Of a stretch of 64,000 nt of DNA, positions 30,428-44,377 are shown piece after piece. The notes beneath the pieces are model-generated. The model did no database searches and was not told where the DNA came from. It worked only from the letters and a program-made list of their open reading frames with translations. The DNA is from Antedon mediterranea (taxonomy: Eukaryota; Animalia; Echinodermata): NCBI RefSeq assembly GCF_964355755.1, contig NC_092674.1, forward strand, positions 24,738,001 through 24,802,000. Direction: 5' to 3'. Numbering within the stretch: position 1 is the stretch's first letter; the number at the start of each line of letters is the position of its first letter. A program made the translations under genes and the position numbers.

Positions 30428-31448
30428 GATCTTTCGATTGATGCTGCCAAAATAAAAACATTGTAAATATGGAAAACCAAGCTACCTAAGTAATACTCTG
30501 TATAGGCGTATGTGTGATTTTTTGTTTGTCACAACGTTTGATAGTGTAGACAGAGCTTCGAATAGAAGTATTCTATTGGGGTTTTTTTGACAGTTTTAAA
30601 TAGTCCATTATTAGAAATAGGTTTAGGGCGACAACCATTCTTTATACTTACTTATTTCTGCCTTCTTGATTGTTAATTTATCATGGTATGTTCAGAGATG
30701 TGACGACGTGTGCTAAGGACCGATATTCAAACGCCAATAATGATGGAAGTTAGATATCCGGTAACCATAGACATTAACAGCGCATTATTAGTTGCTAGGA
30801 AATAATGCGTACTGAAAAAACGCACATGGCGCGGGACGAGACACGCCTTAATAATTTGCAGTATCTGCGCACACATTGCCGGATCGACTCGATAGGGCTG
30901 GATCATCAATAATGCACGCAATGTAAACTAGACAAAAAAAGTGTGATGTGCCCAAATATGGTAGTGATATGACATTTCCATATATGGGCACAGGACATCA
31001 TAACGTTTGATAGTGTAGATGTACGGCGGCCGGGTTTATTCTTAAAATGACACTGCAGACAGTCATAAAGAACAGAAACAAATACGGAAAAGCGAGATTT
31101 ATAACTTTATTCAAAATAACGTTACATCACCCTTGTATCGGTAGTAGAATCTAAATACATTCTCGGCACATTCATCAGCTAACGTCAATAAACACATGAT
31201 CTCAAAATTCAGACAACACATACCGTATGTCTGAACTAAAAAAATTGTAAAACTCACAAAATATTATTTACTGTATCCTCACAGTATTAATCACTAAAGA
31301 AAGGAACGAGCGAGTTAACAGTAACACTCTCTTTCGTTTATTTTAAAGTCAACGTTGACGGGCGTGACGTCGGTATGCTCTTGTTAGAAGAAAAACCATA
31401 AGTTTACAATACAGGGTTCTTAAACAATAATGAATTAAACTGCTTTTA

Positions 31449-31615
31449 AGCCTGTCTTCCACTAGGCGAATTCCTCGCGCCAATTGAAAAGAGTTTTGTA
31501 ATGCGCATGCGTATTAATATTTTAATCCACTTTTTGTGATGCGAGAGATTCGCAACCAATCAGAACTCAGGAATGTTCGACTCGCGCGAATATGTTCGCT
31601 TTTGGAAAACAGGCT
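31449..31615. mobile_element. Harbinger-like MITE
   Basis: AGCCTGTCTTCCA...TGGAAAACAGGCT with TTA duplication. Confidence 0.7.
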
Positions 31616-32336
31616 TTAGACCCTTAGATTAATACTTCTTTATAGTCGGTTACAATAATAGAGTTAATAATACATTTATGTGGAACTAATTTGTTCATTA
31701 ATAATAAAATACAGTATAGAGAAACAGAGAATGTAAAACGTAAATGTGTACCACTAATGGCCTAGTCATCAATAGGGGACCAAAAGTGGACTAACTTTAC
31801 TCAAAAAGACGATTAAACTTTATTCAAGAACTTATTCTTAGGATACAAGCCAAACTCTTCTGTTTACATACCGTATTATAATCGAGTACAGAAGTACAAA
31901 TATTAATTTTGTTTTATATACTAAAGAAACATTCAAATCGTGGCACGATGTAATATTTAATTGCATTTCCAACTACTGTACTAATAATCGATACTTTATT
32001 ACTGTACTTCTGTAGGGACTATGATTTGATTTGCATATCAGGTCAACACGATTTGCATATCAGGTCATAGTTACAAAACATGGTTATAATCTTCACTATG
32101 CTATTTATTGCTAAACCAAATGTATCTTAAGGCACAACACCCTTAGCTGAATAACTCAAACCGAACATCTAAAACTTTACAATGTGAAATTCTTTACTTA
32201 TTATCCCAGGTCTTTACTCATAATACAAAGATACTACAATTATAATTGGATTAATATGGAACATAAATTGCTTATTAATATTTTCCACTGTTATTACAAA
32301 CAATTCTTTTAATCACGTTTGGGATAGTGTTATTGT

Positions 32337-33455
32337 AAATCACAGGTGATACATATCCTTATATCGCATGTGATGCGATCGCAAATCACAGATTATTATC
32401 GCAAATCACAGGTGATCGCAAATCACAGGTGATCGCAAATCACAGGTGATCGCAAATCACAGGTGATCGCAAATCACAGGTGATGTTGCAAATCACAGGT
32501 GATCGCAAATCACAGGTGATGTTGCAAATCACAGGTGATGTCGCAAATCACAGGTGATGTCGCAAATCACAGGTGATGTCGCAAATCACAGGTGATGTCG
32601 CAAATAACAGGTGATGTCGCAAATCACAGGTGATGTCGCAAATCACAGGTGATGTCGCAAATCACAGGCGATGTCGCAAATCACAGGCGATGTCGCAAAT
32701 CACAGGCGATGTCGCAAATCACAGGCGATGTCGCAAATCACAGGCGATGTCGCAAATCACAGGCGATGTCGCAAATCACAGGCGATGTCGCAAATCACAG
32801 GCAATGTCGCAAATCACAGGCGATATCGCAAATCACAGGCGATATCGCAAATCACAGGCGATGTCGCAAATCACAGGTGATATTGCAAATCACAGATGTC
32901 ACAGGTGATATTGCAAATCACAGGTGATATCGCAAATCACAGATGTCACAGGTGATACTGCAAATCACATGTGATATTGCAAATCACAGGTGATGTCGCA
33001 AATCACAGGTGATGTCGCAAATCACAGGTGATGTCGCAAATCACAGGTGATGTCGCAAATCACAGGTGATATCGCAAATCACAGGTGATATCGCAAATCA
33101 CAGATGTCACAGGTGATATTGCAAATCACAGGTGATATCGCAAATCACAGATGTCACAGGGTGATATTGCAAATCACAGGTGATATCGCAAATCACAGAT
33201 GTCACAGGTGATATCGCAAATCACAGATGTCACAGGTGATACTGCAAATCACATGTGATATTGCAAATCACAGGTGATCGCAAATCACAGGTGATATTGC
33301 AAATCACAGGTGATGTCGCAAATCACAGGTGATGTCGCAAATCACAGGTGATGTCGCAAATCACAATCATGGGTGATATCGCAAAGTACATGTGATATTT
33401 TAAATCACAGGCAATATGGAAGATCACAGGTGATATCGCAAAACACAGGTGATAT
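32337..33455. repeat. 19-bp satellite/minisatellite (GCAAATCACAGGTGATGTC)n
   Basis: About 1.1 kb head-to-tail array with 17-bp and 28-bp variant units. Confidence 0.96.
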
Positions 33456-34007
33456 CTGAACTAATTACTGTATATATATTTTATTAATAAATGAATATAT
33501 TTTGGCATAACTAAACTAAATATTACTGTATACAAGCTACACCACTGGTATAGGTGTTATTCTTTTACCTACATAGGAAGATTATACTTGCAGTTATGTT
33601 TATACTTTAAAAATTAAATCGTATATACGCGGATGATTTACCAATTCGGTAGCCATTTTCTGCCTCCATTAAAAATACTACAAGGATATCAGTTTTCTAT
33701 ACAAGTTAATCATGTTTTTTAAACTTGCCTAAAAAATTATCTGATTTTGTTCTGGTAAAAACAATTTACTACACACACACTAAAACTACTTTGTCTTTTT
33801 TTAAAGACAATTGGTATTTGTTGCTAAGCAACACACACATTTGGAACACAACAATGAAACCTATGCACCATCAGCATCATGAAATAAATTAAAATAGACT
33901 AGAAATAAAAACCAAAAAGGTGGGCTTCAACATAATGTATAAAAATAATTTGACCGGAATATAAACAACAATAAACAAACCTAAAATTGGCAAGTAACAA
34001 ACTGAAA

Positions 34008-34392
34008 TACAGTAGAACTGGGGGGAATGGGATGCCTTCAGGACCGAACAGAGTTTCCCTAATGGTAGTTGTCTGAAAGTGCTAAAACATCCTCCCCTGA
34101 ATAGAGGTGACCCCCCTTAACAAGGCCAGGGTGTCCCTTGAATAGGTTTGTCCCCTGAAAAGGGCCGTCTTCTGAATAGGGTCGTCTCCTGAATAGGGGT
34201 GACCCCCTTAACAAGGCCAGGGTGTCTTCTGAATAGGGATGTTCCCTGGATAGGGGTGACCCCTCAATAGGGTCAGGTTGTCCTCTGAATAGGGTTGTCC
34301 CCTGAATAGAGATGTTCCCTGAATAGGGATGTTCAATGAATAGGGGTGACACCCTTAATAGGGCCAGGTTGTCCCCTGAATAGGGGTGACCA
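34008..34392. repeat. Tandemly expanded GTCCCCTGAATAGGGG subrepeats, probably from a Tigger-like MITE
   Basis: Begins TACAGTAGAAC. Related short pieces lie near 1310-1370, 4220-4275, 16570-16720 and 25880-25990. Confidence 0.65.
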
Positions 34393-36615
34393 AATGAGGA
34401 GGAAGGAAGGAAGGAGAGGAGGACATTCAATATTTGACACCATATTTTAGATGTGATTTAATTACTGGCATGGTGGAAGTATATTAAAGTATTACTGGCT
34501 TACAGTTTTATAGATTGTATTACAAGACTACAACATTTAAGTACATAAAGCATCCAGTAATAAAGTGATATTGTCACCTGATTGGAAAACAAATTAATCA
34601 AAACAAAAAATGTCCAGAAATTGAGCTAAAGCTAAAACTGTGTCCAGATATAATTAAGTCCAAGAAAATCTATTTATCAAATGAAAACCTGTCTATGACA
34701 TCATCTCCATTAACAAGGGTAAACACTTTAAAAAGTTGTACTTAAAGAATGCATAACAAGGGCTAAGCCAGTCATTATTATTATTATTTTATTTTTATTA
34801 TGCAATAATTTTGATTTGTTCTAAATATCAAAGCAGTTTACTGTAAAAATATAATAAAATGAATAGTATATTTTCACTTCATTTTCAAATAGAGCCTCCG
34901 AAATATCTATACCATACATTTCAGATTTTAATCTGAAATAAAAACATTTGATGAACTTGAATTGCTTTTATCATCATAGAATGATAGGCATAGATATCAT
35001 TATCATTGATATTATTATTAACATTGATGTTATCATGAAATAACGTTGGTACCTATACATATATTCACTATAGGTTCCTAATGATTTTGTCTATAATTAT
35101 TTCTTGGCACTATGGAATGGATGACGGCAGTTTTTTTAAATATAAAAAACAATGATACAAACACAAAAACAGTCTGAGCTGATCTACAAGGCAAAAAAAA
35201 CTACACACAGTGGATTGTCTAAAATTCTATAAAAGTTTTTTTTTAATACTGTTTTATTTTGAAAATTCTAATAAAGGAATTGTATGCTTAAATTAAGCAT
35301 ACCAGAGTTTGTTCCAACACATTTCTACGTTTAAGATTGAAACTAATAGACTATAATATTGGAAGGAGGAAAGAAGAAATAATTAAGGTGGATTCACATT
35401 ATATTAAAAAAATACTGGAAGAGTTGAATGATGTAATAAATTATAAAAACTGAGCTGCACTTTATCGACTATGATAATCGTCAAACACTAAACATTTACT
35501 AAATCCTAACTAAAAAGGAAATTAATTTGGCTTTACAATGAAATGGATATTTATGTTTACTTTATGATTATTATTACTTGGTAAAATTACTTAAAGCATT
35601 TAGCTAAGTATACTACTTTGAATGTTTATTTGCACAATAATGTCGAAAATGTGCAAGTTATCATTTTTTGTCTTTTACAAATAGCTATAAATAGAACAGA
35701 CCATACCAACTCATCGATATATAGGTTATTTTCTCAAAAGCTTAACAATCTTAAGTTATTATGGGTATTTTCCATATTTGGCCGAAATAATAATACCACG
35801 TCCTCTGAACAAAGTATTTTGCTCAGTTTCTGAGCACTTAATGTTTTTGTTTACTGGGTTGTTCATTTATAATAGTAAACCTAGTTCAGCCTATTCTTTT
35901 TAATGTGTGGAATCGGAGAATGGTGAAATTATTTTTGTAATTTCACTCTTCCCTGGTGGAATGAATACTGGGTTTTTTTCATTACATTTTTTTTTACTAG
36001 TACTAATTGAGATAATACTTTGAATTAAATATTTATTAAGTATATCAAGGTAATAATATTAGGAAGATTTTAAAGTGAATAACTGGTTTTGGATACATAC
36101 ATTACACTGAATATATTTGTTGTAATATAATAATAAATACGTTCTCCATATCTTAAACCTAAAATAACTTCTCTTCGTTTTCCTTTAAAAAAAAAATACT
36201 AAGAGGATTTCTCCTAATTATTTTTTGTAGAACAGCATTACAGTGTTAATAAATTTAAGTATGATTATTATTGATTATAGTATAATATAATTAATAATTG
36301 TATGTGGTGTATGATTTTATCTATTTTTATGCTATTCTGTGAAAGTATCAAAAACCATCACAAAACAGTAGAGCTGTTAATATATTATGAGGAAAAGATA
36401 TATCCCTAAAAAAAGCGGTCTAATAATAATTAATAAATTTATTTGTTTATTTGGATCTACTAAAGGTGAAACAAAGGCTAAGAGATTGCACAACATGCAC
36501 CATTTTGGCTATAAAATAAGTATACAATAACAAAAACATAAGTACAAATTACACATTTAAATAGCTATAAAGAATATACCCAATTTCTGAATGCAAGAAC
36601 TATATTATACTTTCG

Positions 36616-36767
36616 TCATACCGACTCGGGTACAAAGTTTGATGAGTGTTTTATTCCTGAGAACCAAAAGGTGGGTTTGGTACGTCATAGAAGTACAATA
36701 AAATATCTCCATGGTTTGGCCTATATGGCTGATTTTGTAGCATGGGCTTATACCCGAGTCTGTATGA
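36616..36767. mobile_element. Small inverted-repeat element
   Basis: TCATACCGACTCGGGTA / TACCCGAGTCTGTATGA inverted pair. Confidence 0.5.
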
Positions 36768-38095
36768 TAATATTATTATTATAGCCCAATTAAAGTGTTG
36801 ATGCGCTTCTATTTTTTACCCTGGTTAGAATAATAATAATAATATATTTAAATAAAAATTCCAAGCTACACACATACATATACACAAGCTCTGTAATGTG
36901 TACATTAACAATACACTCACTCCAGCATAGCAAAGTATATCTGCGTGCCTTACTCATAGCAAATATAACCTCTCTCTTGTAATGTAAAAGTTGAATAAAT
37001 AGTTTATCTGAATTAGAAAAAGCTTATAAAAAAAAATAAAATAAGATAGATGGGATTTTATGAATGGCAGCACAGGATAGGTGAATAAACTTTACGGACC
37101 ATGTCAAGAGTGCTCTACTGCAGGTACTGCAGTACCTAAATAGTTTTACTACAATTACATATGATTTAGCTTGTTTAATATCGAAGCTTATAAAATTGCA
37201 TGAAAATTCAATTTTACAGTTGAAATATGTTTAACTGCGTTTATGAAATTGAATAAGTACCCACCACTATTATTCGATTTTTAAGTCCCAATGGTTACTA
37301 CACAATAGACGTTTGAGATCAATATAGTCTTATTGTAATGCTTGTAGTATGCATACGCATAGACATCAGAGCGATTTTATGGAAACTAACTATGCTAGAA
37401 CAGTACTTTTCAACGAAATAATTTAACTTCTTTAACAAAGAATATAGCATTTCAGAAATAATGGAAGATGGTCAGTAACGTAAATGCGATTTGACTGGTC
37501 CATTAATATGCCAACTAGTTTTTTTTAGATGTTTATGCATCTACAGAATGTGACCAAATAACAATTTGGACCATGTTACCAAAAAACTAAAAATCCATCC
37601 TTACAATAAAGTGTTAACAGGGCTAGAACCACGTTAACAGGCTACAGGGCTGGAACCATGCTAACAGGCAATAGAGCTGAAAACATGTTAACAGTCCAAA
37701 TGAACACAAAATCTGAAACAGCAAAGTACTGTCAATTTCACAACCCAAAATATGGGTTAAAGATTAAAAACATAGGTTGCGACCCACATTTTACGGAATA
37801 AGAGTTAACAATAGAAACCTACTTATGGTATGGTAACCTATCATGGTAAACAACATAGTTGTTGTTCGCACTTTGACAAAATCTCTATACAGCTTTATCT
37901 TTCAACTGCCTAAGCAATGGATGTATCAGGTATCTAATAGTCTGAGAACCTAGAAATCAGTTCACAAATAGCTTTCCACCGAAAAAGGTCCACTCTATGC
38001 TACAGACATGCATAGCCAGCCACAAGCAGTAAGCCTGTACAATGCTGGGGGGTAACACATGAATAAATTTGGAAGACACACAGTGAACGCCTCAT

Positions 38096-41000
38096 CTATT
38101 GAGGTGGAGGATGGTACTGAGCTTGGGGGTAACGGTAGGCCCAGCCTGGGGGTAAGCCAGCACTTCCGTAAGGGCCGATTCCTGCTGTAGCTACCCCAAC
38201 TGCAGCTCCAGCAGCGATAGCTGTCGGAGGAAGCTGTCTGTTTCCATACGGTGATACATTAGCTGGTACTGTGGATGCTGAGACTGGGACTTGTGATGCC
38301 ATCTGGAGATTGTTAAAAATAAGTTATTATAGAAAAATATACTACTGCAATACACATAAGTTATTCAATGACCTTACAGGGAAAGGTAGCTATATATTTT
38401 ACTATAATAGCCAAAACAAAAAATAGTATACATGCTTAGAAAATGAACGGTTACACTCAATTCTTTTAAAATCCGGGCAACCTGAAGATGGTCAAACATT
38501 TTTTGTTACAAAACAGTTGAAATGTTTTGTAACAGTTTTCAGGTGTAGTATTGTTGACTAGCCCACAAGTCAAAGAGAAAATAAATTGGCTGGCCCACGG
38601 TAGTTTTTTTGTATTGCTAGTACTAAATCAAGTAGCAACCTAATATCAAATATTCTAAAGCTTGGTTCCCACTAGTACGCAAGACAAGGACGTAGACGCA
38701 ACGCAAGCGAGTTGACCAATCACAAGCAAGAGTTTGAATAAATCATCACTTGTGATTGGTCAAATCCCTTACCTTCCGTTACGTCGGAACCACCCATTAG
38801 TTGTAAACCACTTCTCCATCATTTATAGTTTCTATATGAATGACTAGTGTGACAAACATGTTAAATAATACTTACACCATGAACTGGGGATTGTTCTGGA
38901 AGGTAGACTGTGTGATAAGGTTGTTGCTGCTGTAACACTGTCGTACTGTGTACAATCTGTGAGCCAGACAAAGAGTGGGCATACGCTGCGGCCTGCATGT
39001 ATGAAGCAGCACTGGCCTATAAATATACAAAACAAATATACTGACATGATACTAGGTAGCCTAACTCTATGACATGATAGGTAGCCTAACTCTATGACAT
39101 GTGTAGAAGAGGTGCACAGAACCTGCATAAGAGCACTTCCTAGGCAGATATCATGAATAATGCATGATCTTAATTATGGTATAAATTAAGATCTTATAGA
39201 GGGGGCTACGTAAGCATGGAATTAAATCAAATGGGTTATGTCAAAATGTTTTCTGCAAGTCAGTTCTGAATGAGCGTCCAGCTTTCCAGTTGGTAGTCCA
39301 TTTTTAATTAAAAAAACGGTCATGTCATAGAGGGGTCTAAAAGGCCACAGTTGTGTTGATTTACAGCCTGCTTAAATTTGGTAAACTTTAATAGAAAATA
39401 CAGCACACTTACACCGAATATGTTTCGGATTGCAATTTGTAGAAGGAAAGGTCTGGGTTTATATAATATTTAGGAAGTATCTTGCAATCTTTAAAGCTCT
39501 GTCTACACTATTAAACTTTATGTAACAAAAAAATGTGATGTGCCCATATATTAAAATGATATGCACAAATATGATAGTGATATGGCACCATCATGTCCAT
39601 GTCCTTGTTTTTTTAGTTTTAAACATGTTTAACTTATGTGTTAGAGAAAAGATATTAGTTAAATTGTTGTTTTTTTTGGAGTTTTTAATTGTGTTATATT
39701 ATTTATATTTTATTTGTTTTGTTTTGAGGAGCCTATTCACCACAAGCTTTTCTTTCTTTTAGGCTCCTCCACTTTATATTTATATATTTGTAAAGTGAAA
39801 TAAATAAATGAAATGAAATATACTTCGCCCCCCTTTTTTGTGTCATAAAGTTTGATAGTCTAGACATAGCTTAGGAATGAATACAATATTTTTACCTGTG
39901 TATAAGTTGGATTGGGTGGATATGCAGGTGCCGGGGTGTGCACCATGCCTGCAGTGGTGGTGTATGATCCATAGGGGTAGGCCAGCTGACCCCCGGAACC
40001 TGGTGCTGTTACTTGACCTACACAATAAAAATCAATACATCAAATTATCGATGTTGAAAAAATATGTAAACAAATTAACACTTACTGGAATATAGAGCAA
40101 ATATTTCAGTAATACCAACCACCCTCATCGATATGATAGTATTTTTTGAATTAGACATATGTCAGCGTTGTGACACTAATTTCTGGATATTGCCATAGCT
40201 CAGGCACAGATTACGGCTTTAGGAGCACCTAAAATTTAACAGCCATATCTTTTTAAAATCAAATAATGACTATTTTTCGGATCGTTTTTATTATTAAGGA
40301 AATATTTATTCCCCCTAATCTATAATGGTGGATCTGCCCCTGTAGGTGGCGTTCTTGATCTTGTGGGAGGCAGAGTATTCAGAAGAGAGTTGTATTTTTT
40401 GGCAAATTTTAAGGTAGTTTGAAAGTTTCTTAATACCTTGACAAGAAAGACAATTTTTGTATACAGTACTGTATGTTAATCATAATTACAATGAAGAAAA
40501 CAAATTTAACCAAGCACTGCATATTTTTCCAATTACTGTACAATGAAGAAATCAAACACTGCAAGAACATGCATTTATAATAGTAGGCCTAGTAGAGTAG
40601 AAACTAAACATTAATCATAATATATAAACTATACTTACGTTGAGCAGGTGCTGGATATGCAACAGCATGTTGTGGGAACGCATTATAGCCATGAGACCCA
40701 TTGTTTTGATATGATGGACCAACTGCTAACAAATTAAAAAATTAGATACAAAATATTGTCACATAAATGTAGCTGAACATTCATGAATAACCTAAAAATC
40801 CATAAAAAAATGCTCTTGAAAATAACTTTGTTTACTACTGTATACTAATTACTATCCATGTTCAATATGTGTGTACTGTATATACAGTACACAATTTACT
40901 GTATGTTGGTTTTTTAATTATGACTACAGTACAGTTCAGTACACACAGATATATAAATCTGAAAACCTTAATACCTGATGGAGGATATACAGCATGTGCT

Positions 41001-44000
41001 GGCAAGGGTACGGCAGGAGTTCTTGGATCTAGTTACAAAAAAAAACAGTCATCACGGCCATGTTATTTTATGAACTAATAATAAACATTTTATTGTTATG
41101 AACATTTGTTGTGTGTATTGCATTATTCAAACCGACTGGCAATAGTTAGCTATCTGTAAATACAGTATAGTAGGTCTGTCTATTGAAACTGATGGGTACA
41201 ACATTCAAATAAAACCTACCTGTTTGATTGATTGCAGCAGTTTTGAAGACTGCTCCTCTTGCTGGGTGCCAACCCGTAGCATCTGAAAAAAAATTTTACT
41301 TATTACTGTAGTACTATCAAGTCAAGTTCCACTTCAAATGGGTTTTAAGAAGAAAAAACATGCGGTTCTTTTACACGGAAAAGGGACTACTGATAGTTTT
41401 ACAAGACATTTTCCACCAGCTTACAGTAGGTGGACATTCACAAAGAGTGGGGAAGACTGTGTTGGCCTTCTTACAGTATCTCTTCCCATAAAAACAACTG
41501 ATGTTTTTACCTGTTGGAGGATAAACAGCATGAGCAGCCAATGGAATTGCTGAATTTCGAGGATCACCTAAAGAAAAAAAAAAAATAATAATCATCACAT
41601 TTTGGTCTACATGCTCACTTTCAAAACTTCATTTTCAAAGCAGGTATACAGTAATGGAAGAGATTATAGTATAACAACAACAGTGCTATTGGGATAAAAT
41701 ATTTACTAGCCCAGACTCAATTTATACTTCAGTTACCTTGATAACCAACCCAGGCACTAGCCATCTGTCTAGCTGCCTTATATTTTTATCCAGCCTAAAA
41801 TAAATTGAGTTCCAGACCTTGGACCACTGACTTATTACAGGCCTGAATATCAGAAAATAGGCCTTTTAAAATGTTAATTCCTTTTTGATTTCCATAGTGT
41901 CAGTGTAAAATGTTTTGCCGATTTCAGTTGTCCAACAAGAAAAAGCCTTCCAAATATTGTAACATAATTCCAAACCAAATTAAAACAATAATTTAATTCT
42001 TCACATGATATCAGTATGAATACTTCAAATTCCAGAACAGACTGTCCAATGACAAATTAGAATAAAAATATTTCTGAGTTAATTTTGTGTGTGTTGTATT
42101 AGGTATCCATAATATTATTGATTGCACAACATTCAAAAGTAATGCGTGTCCCCACTCATAAAATCATCAATGACCATAAATCACAACACAGTATACACAG
42201 TACATTTACTATACTGTTACCAACCGTAATTAAATTATTATATTAATCATATTATTATTATTAACTTTTTAGTTTTAATTCATATTTTACATCATCCTTA
42301 AAAACAAGTTTAGACAGTGTAAATGCTATACTGCTTCATTTTACAGTATATACTAAATAATATTTCTGAACATATTTAATCAGCCATATTTACAGATGGT
42401 TTTCATCCTGTTAGAAGGAGTGCACCCTCTAGCCAATCTATATAATTACATATTTTGGTTCTGCACTAATAACAACAACAACACAGTACATTTACTATAT
42501 ATATATATATATATATATCATATGTATCTGAGACATCTCGTAGAATTATAGAAGAAAGAATAATTGTAAAGCTTGGCACTCTTGCCCCTACCGGCATAAA
42601 TGTACAATTTAGATCTTTTAAACATTAATTTTGCCAGAGACATTCACATACTGTATTAACAATTATTTACACTTGAAGCTTTTGTCTTTGTTTTATGTCC
42701 TGCTTTATAAGCAACCATTTCTGCTTTGTACCCCATAGCTTTTGGAGGCGTGCATTTATAACTATGCCTTTTGTTTGTTAACATCTTTGATTGGCTGATT
42801 TGTTTTATTATGTAATTTTGTGACTTATACAGTACTGTATATGTTATCCTTTGTTACAATTCTCTTCACCTGATGATGGGCTATGCCCGAAACATGTCGT
42901 AAAAATAAATCTATATTGAGGCAGTTTTAACTTATTTGATCTTGATTTTTTTCTATATCCTGCCTATGCAGCTCTTTGATTTATATATCATATGTATTAC
43001 TGTTGGAATTAATTCCAAGGAAGGAGTCTACTGTACCCTCTAGCTAATCTATATTTCTCTTTGGTTCTACTGTACACTATTTAATGACATAATTATTGAG
43101 TGCAATGAAATAAATATTATGTACAGTACGTTTACATATTAATTGACATGTATGTGATTGATGTGCACTTGTATTAAATTAATGCTGAGAACAGGACCAA
43201 TTGCCCACAGACTGACAACATCTTAATGGATTTAACTCAAGTGAGCAAATCTAGTCAAAAATCAATACAGTTTATTGATCATCATCTCCTTACAATTTGA
43301 TCCATGAAAGTAATAAATTATATACCAAGCAAGCTACACTAAATATAATGTGTTTGGTAATTATAAAAAATAGCAAAACTATGATCACTGAAAACATAAA
43401 CAAATCCTTGACTGAAAATGTAGCACACACTCCTCTTGGAAACTAACTTGTGTGCACTGAAGTGTATACATTACAGTATCTACAGTACAAAGGTGTTTTA
43501 TTGTATACTATAATCAAATAGTTTTATGACATGATATTGAATGTGTGAACCCACCCAGGGAAAAATTTCATTTAAAAATTTTGTTTAGCAATATTGCTAA
43601 TCAAACTGATTTTTAAGTAGAGAAACATAGTTTTGTATTGTATTTTTTGCTACACAATTTTAGAAATGTGTAGCAATAAGGTTGTTTTGTATAGCTTTTT
43701 GCTACTGTATGCTACACTGGCGAAAATGTTCTCTGCACATTCATAAATATGAACTCTGAATAAGTCATTCTGTAATTTTATAAATTGATAAAAAAAAAAA
43801 AAAATTTCACTCATTGTCACCCAAACACATTAAAAATGAAGATTAATAAAATCAGGCCCGAAAAACCAGAAAAAAATAATATTATCACTATATAATAAAA
43901 TGACAAACTAAACAGTTAAATTCAACAAAAAACCCATTAGCTGCCAGCCAATTTGACTATTTTTTTGCTTTTTAAATTACAGTTTTTTCAGGTAAAATAT

Positions 44001-44377
44001 TTGTTTTTTTGATCTAATTTTTGGTAAAGTGAATAACTATTATGTGACATTAAAATGGCAATACAATACATCGTTAAATAAAAAGAAAAAAATGGTTACA
44101 GTGCATAACAGAATACCATTGTTTTCACAAGACATCATTTTTTTTTGATCGAACTAATAACAATTTTTATGACAATTTAAAATGTTTATTCAAACACACA
44201 TTATATTTTATTTATTTATCAACTTTTTTTGTTTAAGACACATTCGATACATTTTTTCCGGTTGTTTCTTTCACCACTCAGTCTACTGTGTATATATATT
44301 GTGATAAAAAAGTACAACAAAAATATTTGATTAATATAATTTTGATACATACCTTTTGGATAGTAAACAGGATTCAT
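38096..44377 (-). CDS. FAM168: FAM168 family (MANI/TCRP1-like) Pro/Tyr/Ala-rich protein, about 251 aa, 8 coding exons
   Basis: Exons 44353-44377, 41511-41567, 41220-41282, 40975-41028, 40639-40725, 39896-40017, 38876-39016 and 38096-38302 total 756 nt in phase. The MNPVY start, IVHSTTVLQ (vertebrate VIHHTTVVQ) and PPQ end match FAM168. It is adjacent to PLEKHB, as in vertebrates. Confidence 0.82.
38659..38790. mobile_element. Harbinger-like MITE family Y (partial copy)
   Basis: TIR AGCTTGGTTCCCACTAG. Other copies at about 51043-51191, 53541-53902, 59960-60034 and 60926-61104. Confidence 0.75.
42528..42981 (+). mobile_element. 5'-truncated Penelope-like retroelement fragment
   Basis: Encodes ETSRRIIEERIIVKLGTLAPTGINVQFRSFKH* (42530-42628), like the GIY-YIG C-terminal motif LxTLxPxGLN. 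Carries a hammerhead core. Flanked by the 16-bp direct repeat TATATATCATATGTAT (42512-42527 and 42982-42997) next to a (TA)n tract. Confidence 0.85.
42865..42903 (+). ncRNA. Minimal type I hammerhead ribozyme motif
   Basis: TTCAC-CTGATGA-T-GGGC TAT GCCC-GAAA-CATG-TC-GTAAA: intact core, 4-bp stem II, palindromic minimal stem III, and one mismatch in stem I. Confidence 0.78.

Noticed and set aside
32337-33455. CRISPR-like array, and ORFs 32630-32927
   Set aside because: Head-to-tail units have no unique spacers and there are no cas genes. The ORFs are artefacts of a stop-free 19-bp repeat.
34059-34430. 123-aa ORF with HPYSG repeats
   Set aside because: It is a translation of a tandemly expanded repeat related to dispersed MITE fragments, with no splice context.
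38096-41567. DAZAP2 as the identity of the Pro/Tyr-rich gene
   Set aside because: It lacks the DAZAP2 GFDAGARF and GGYTIW motifs. MNPVY, HSTTV and the PLEKHB neighbour point to FAM168.
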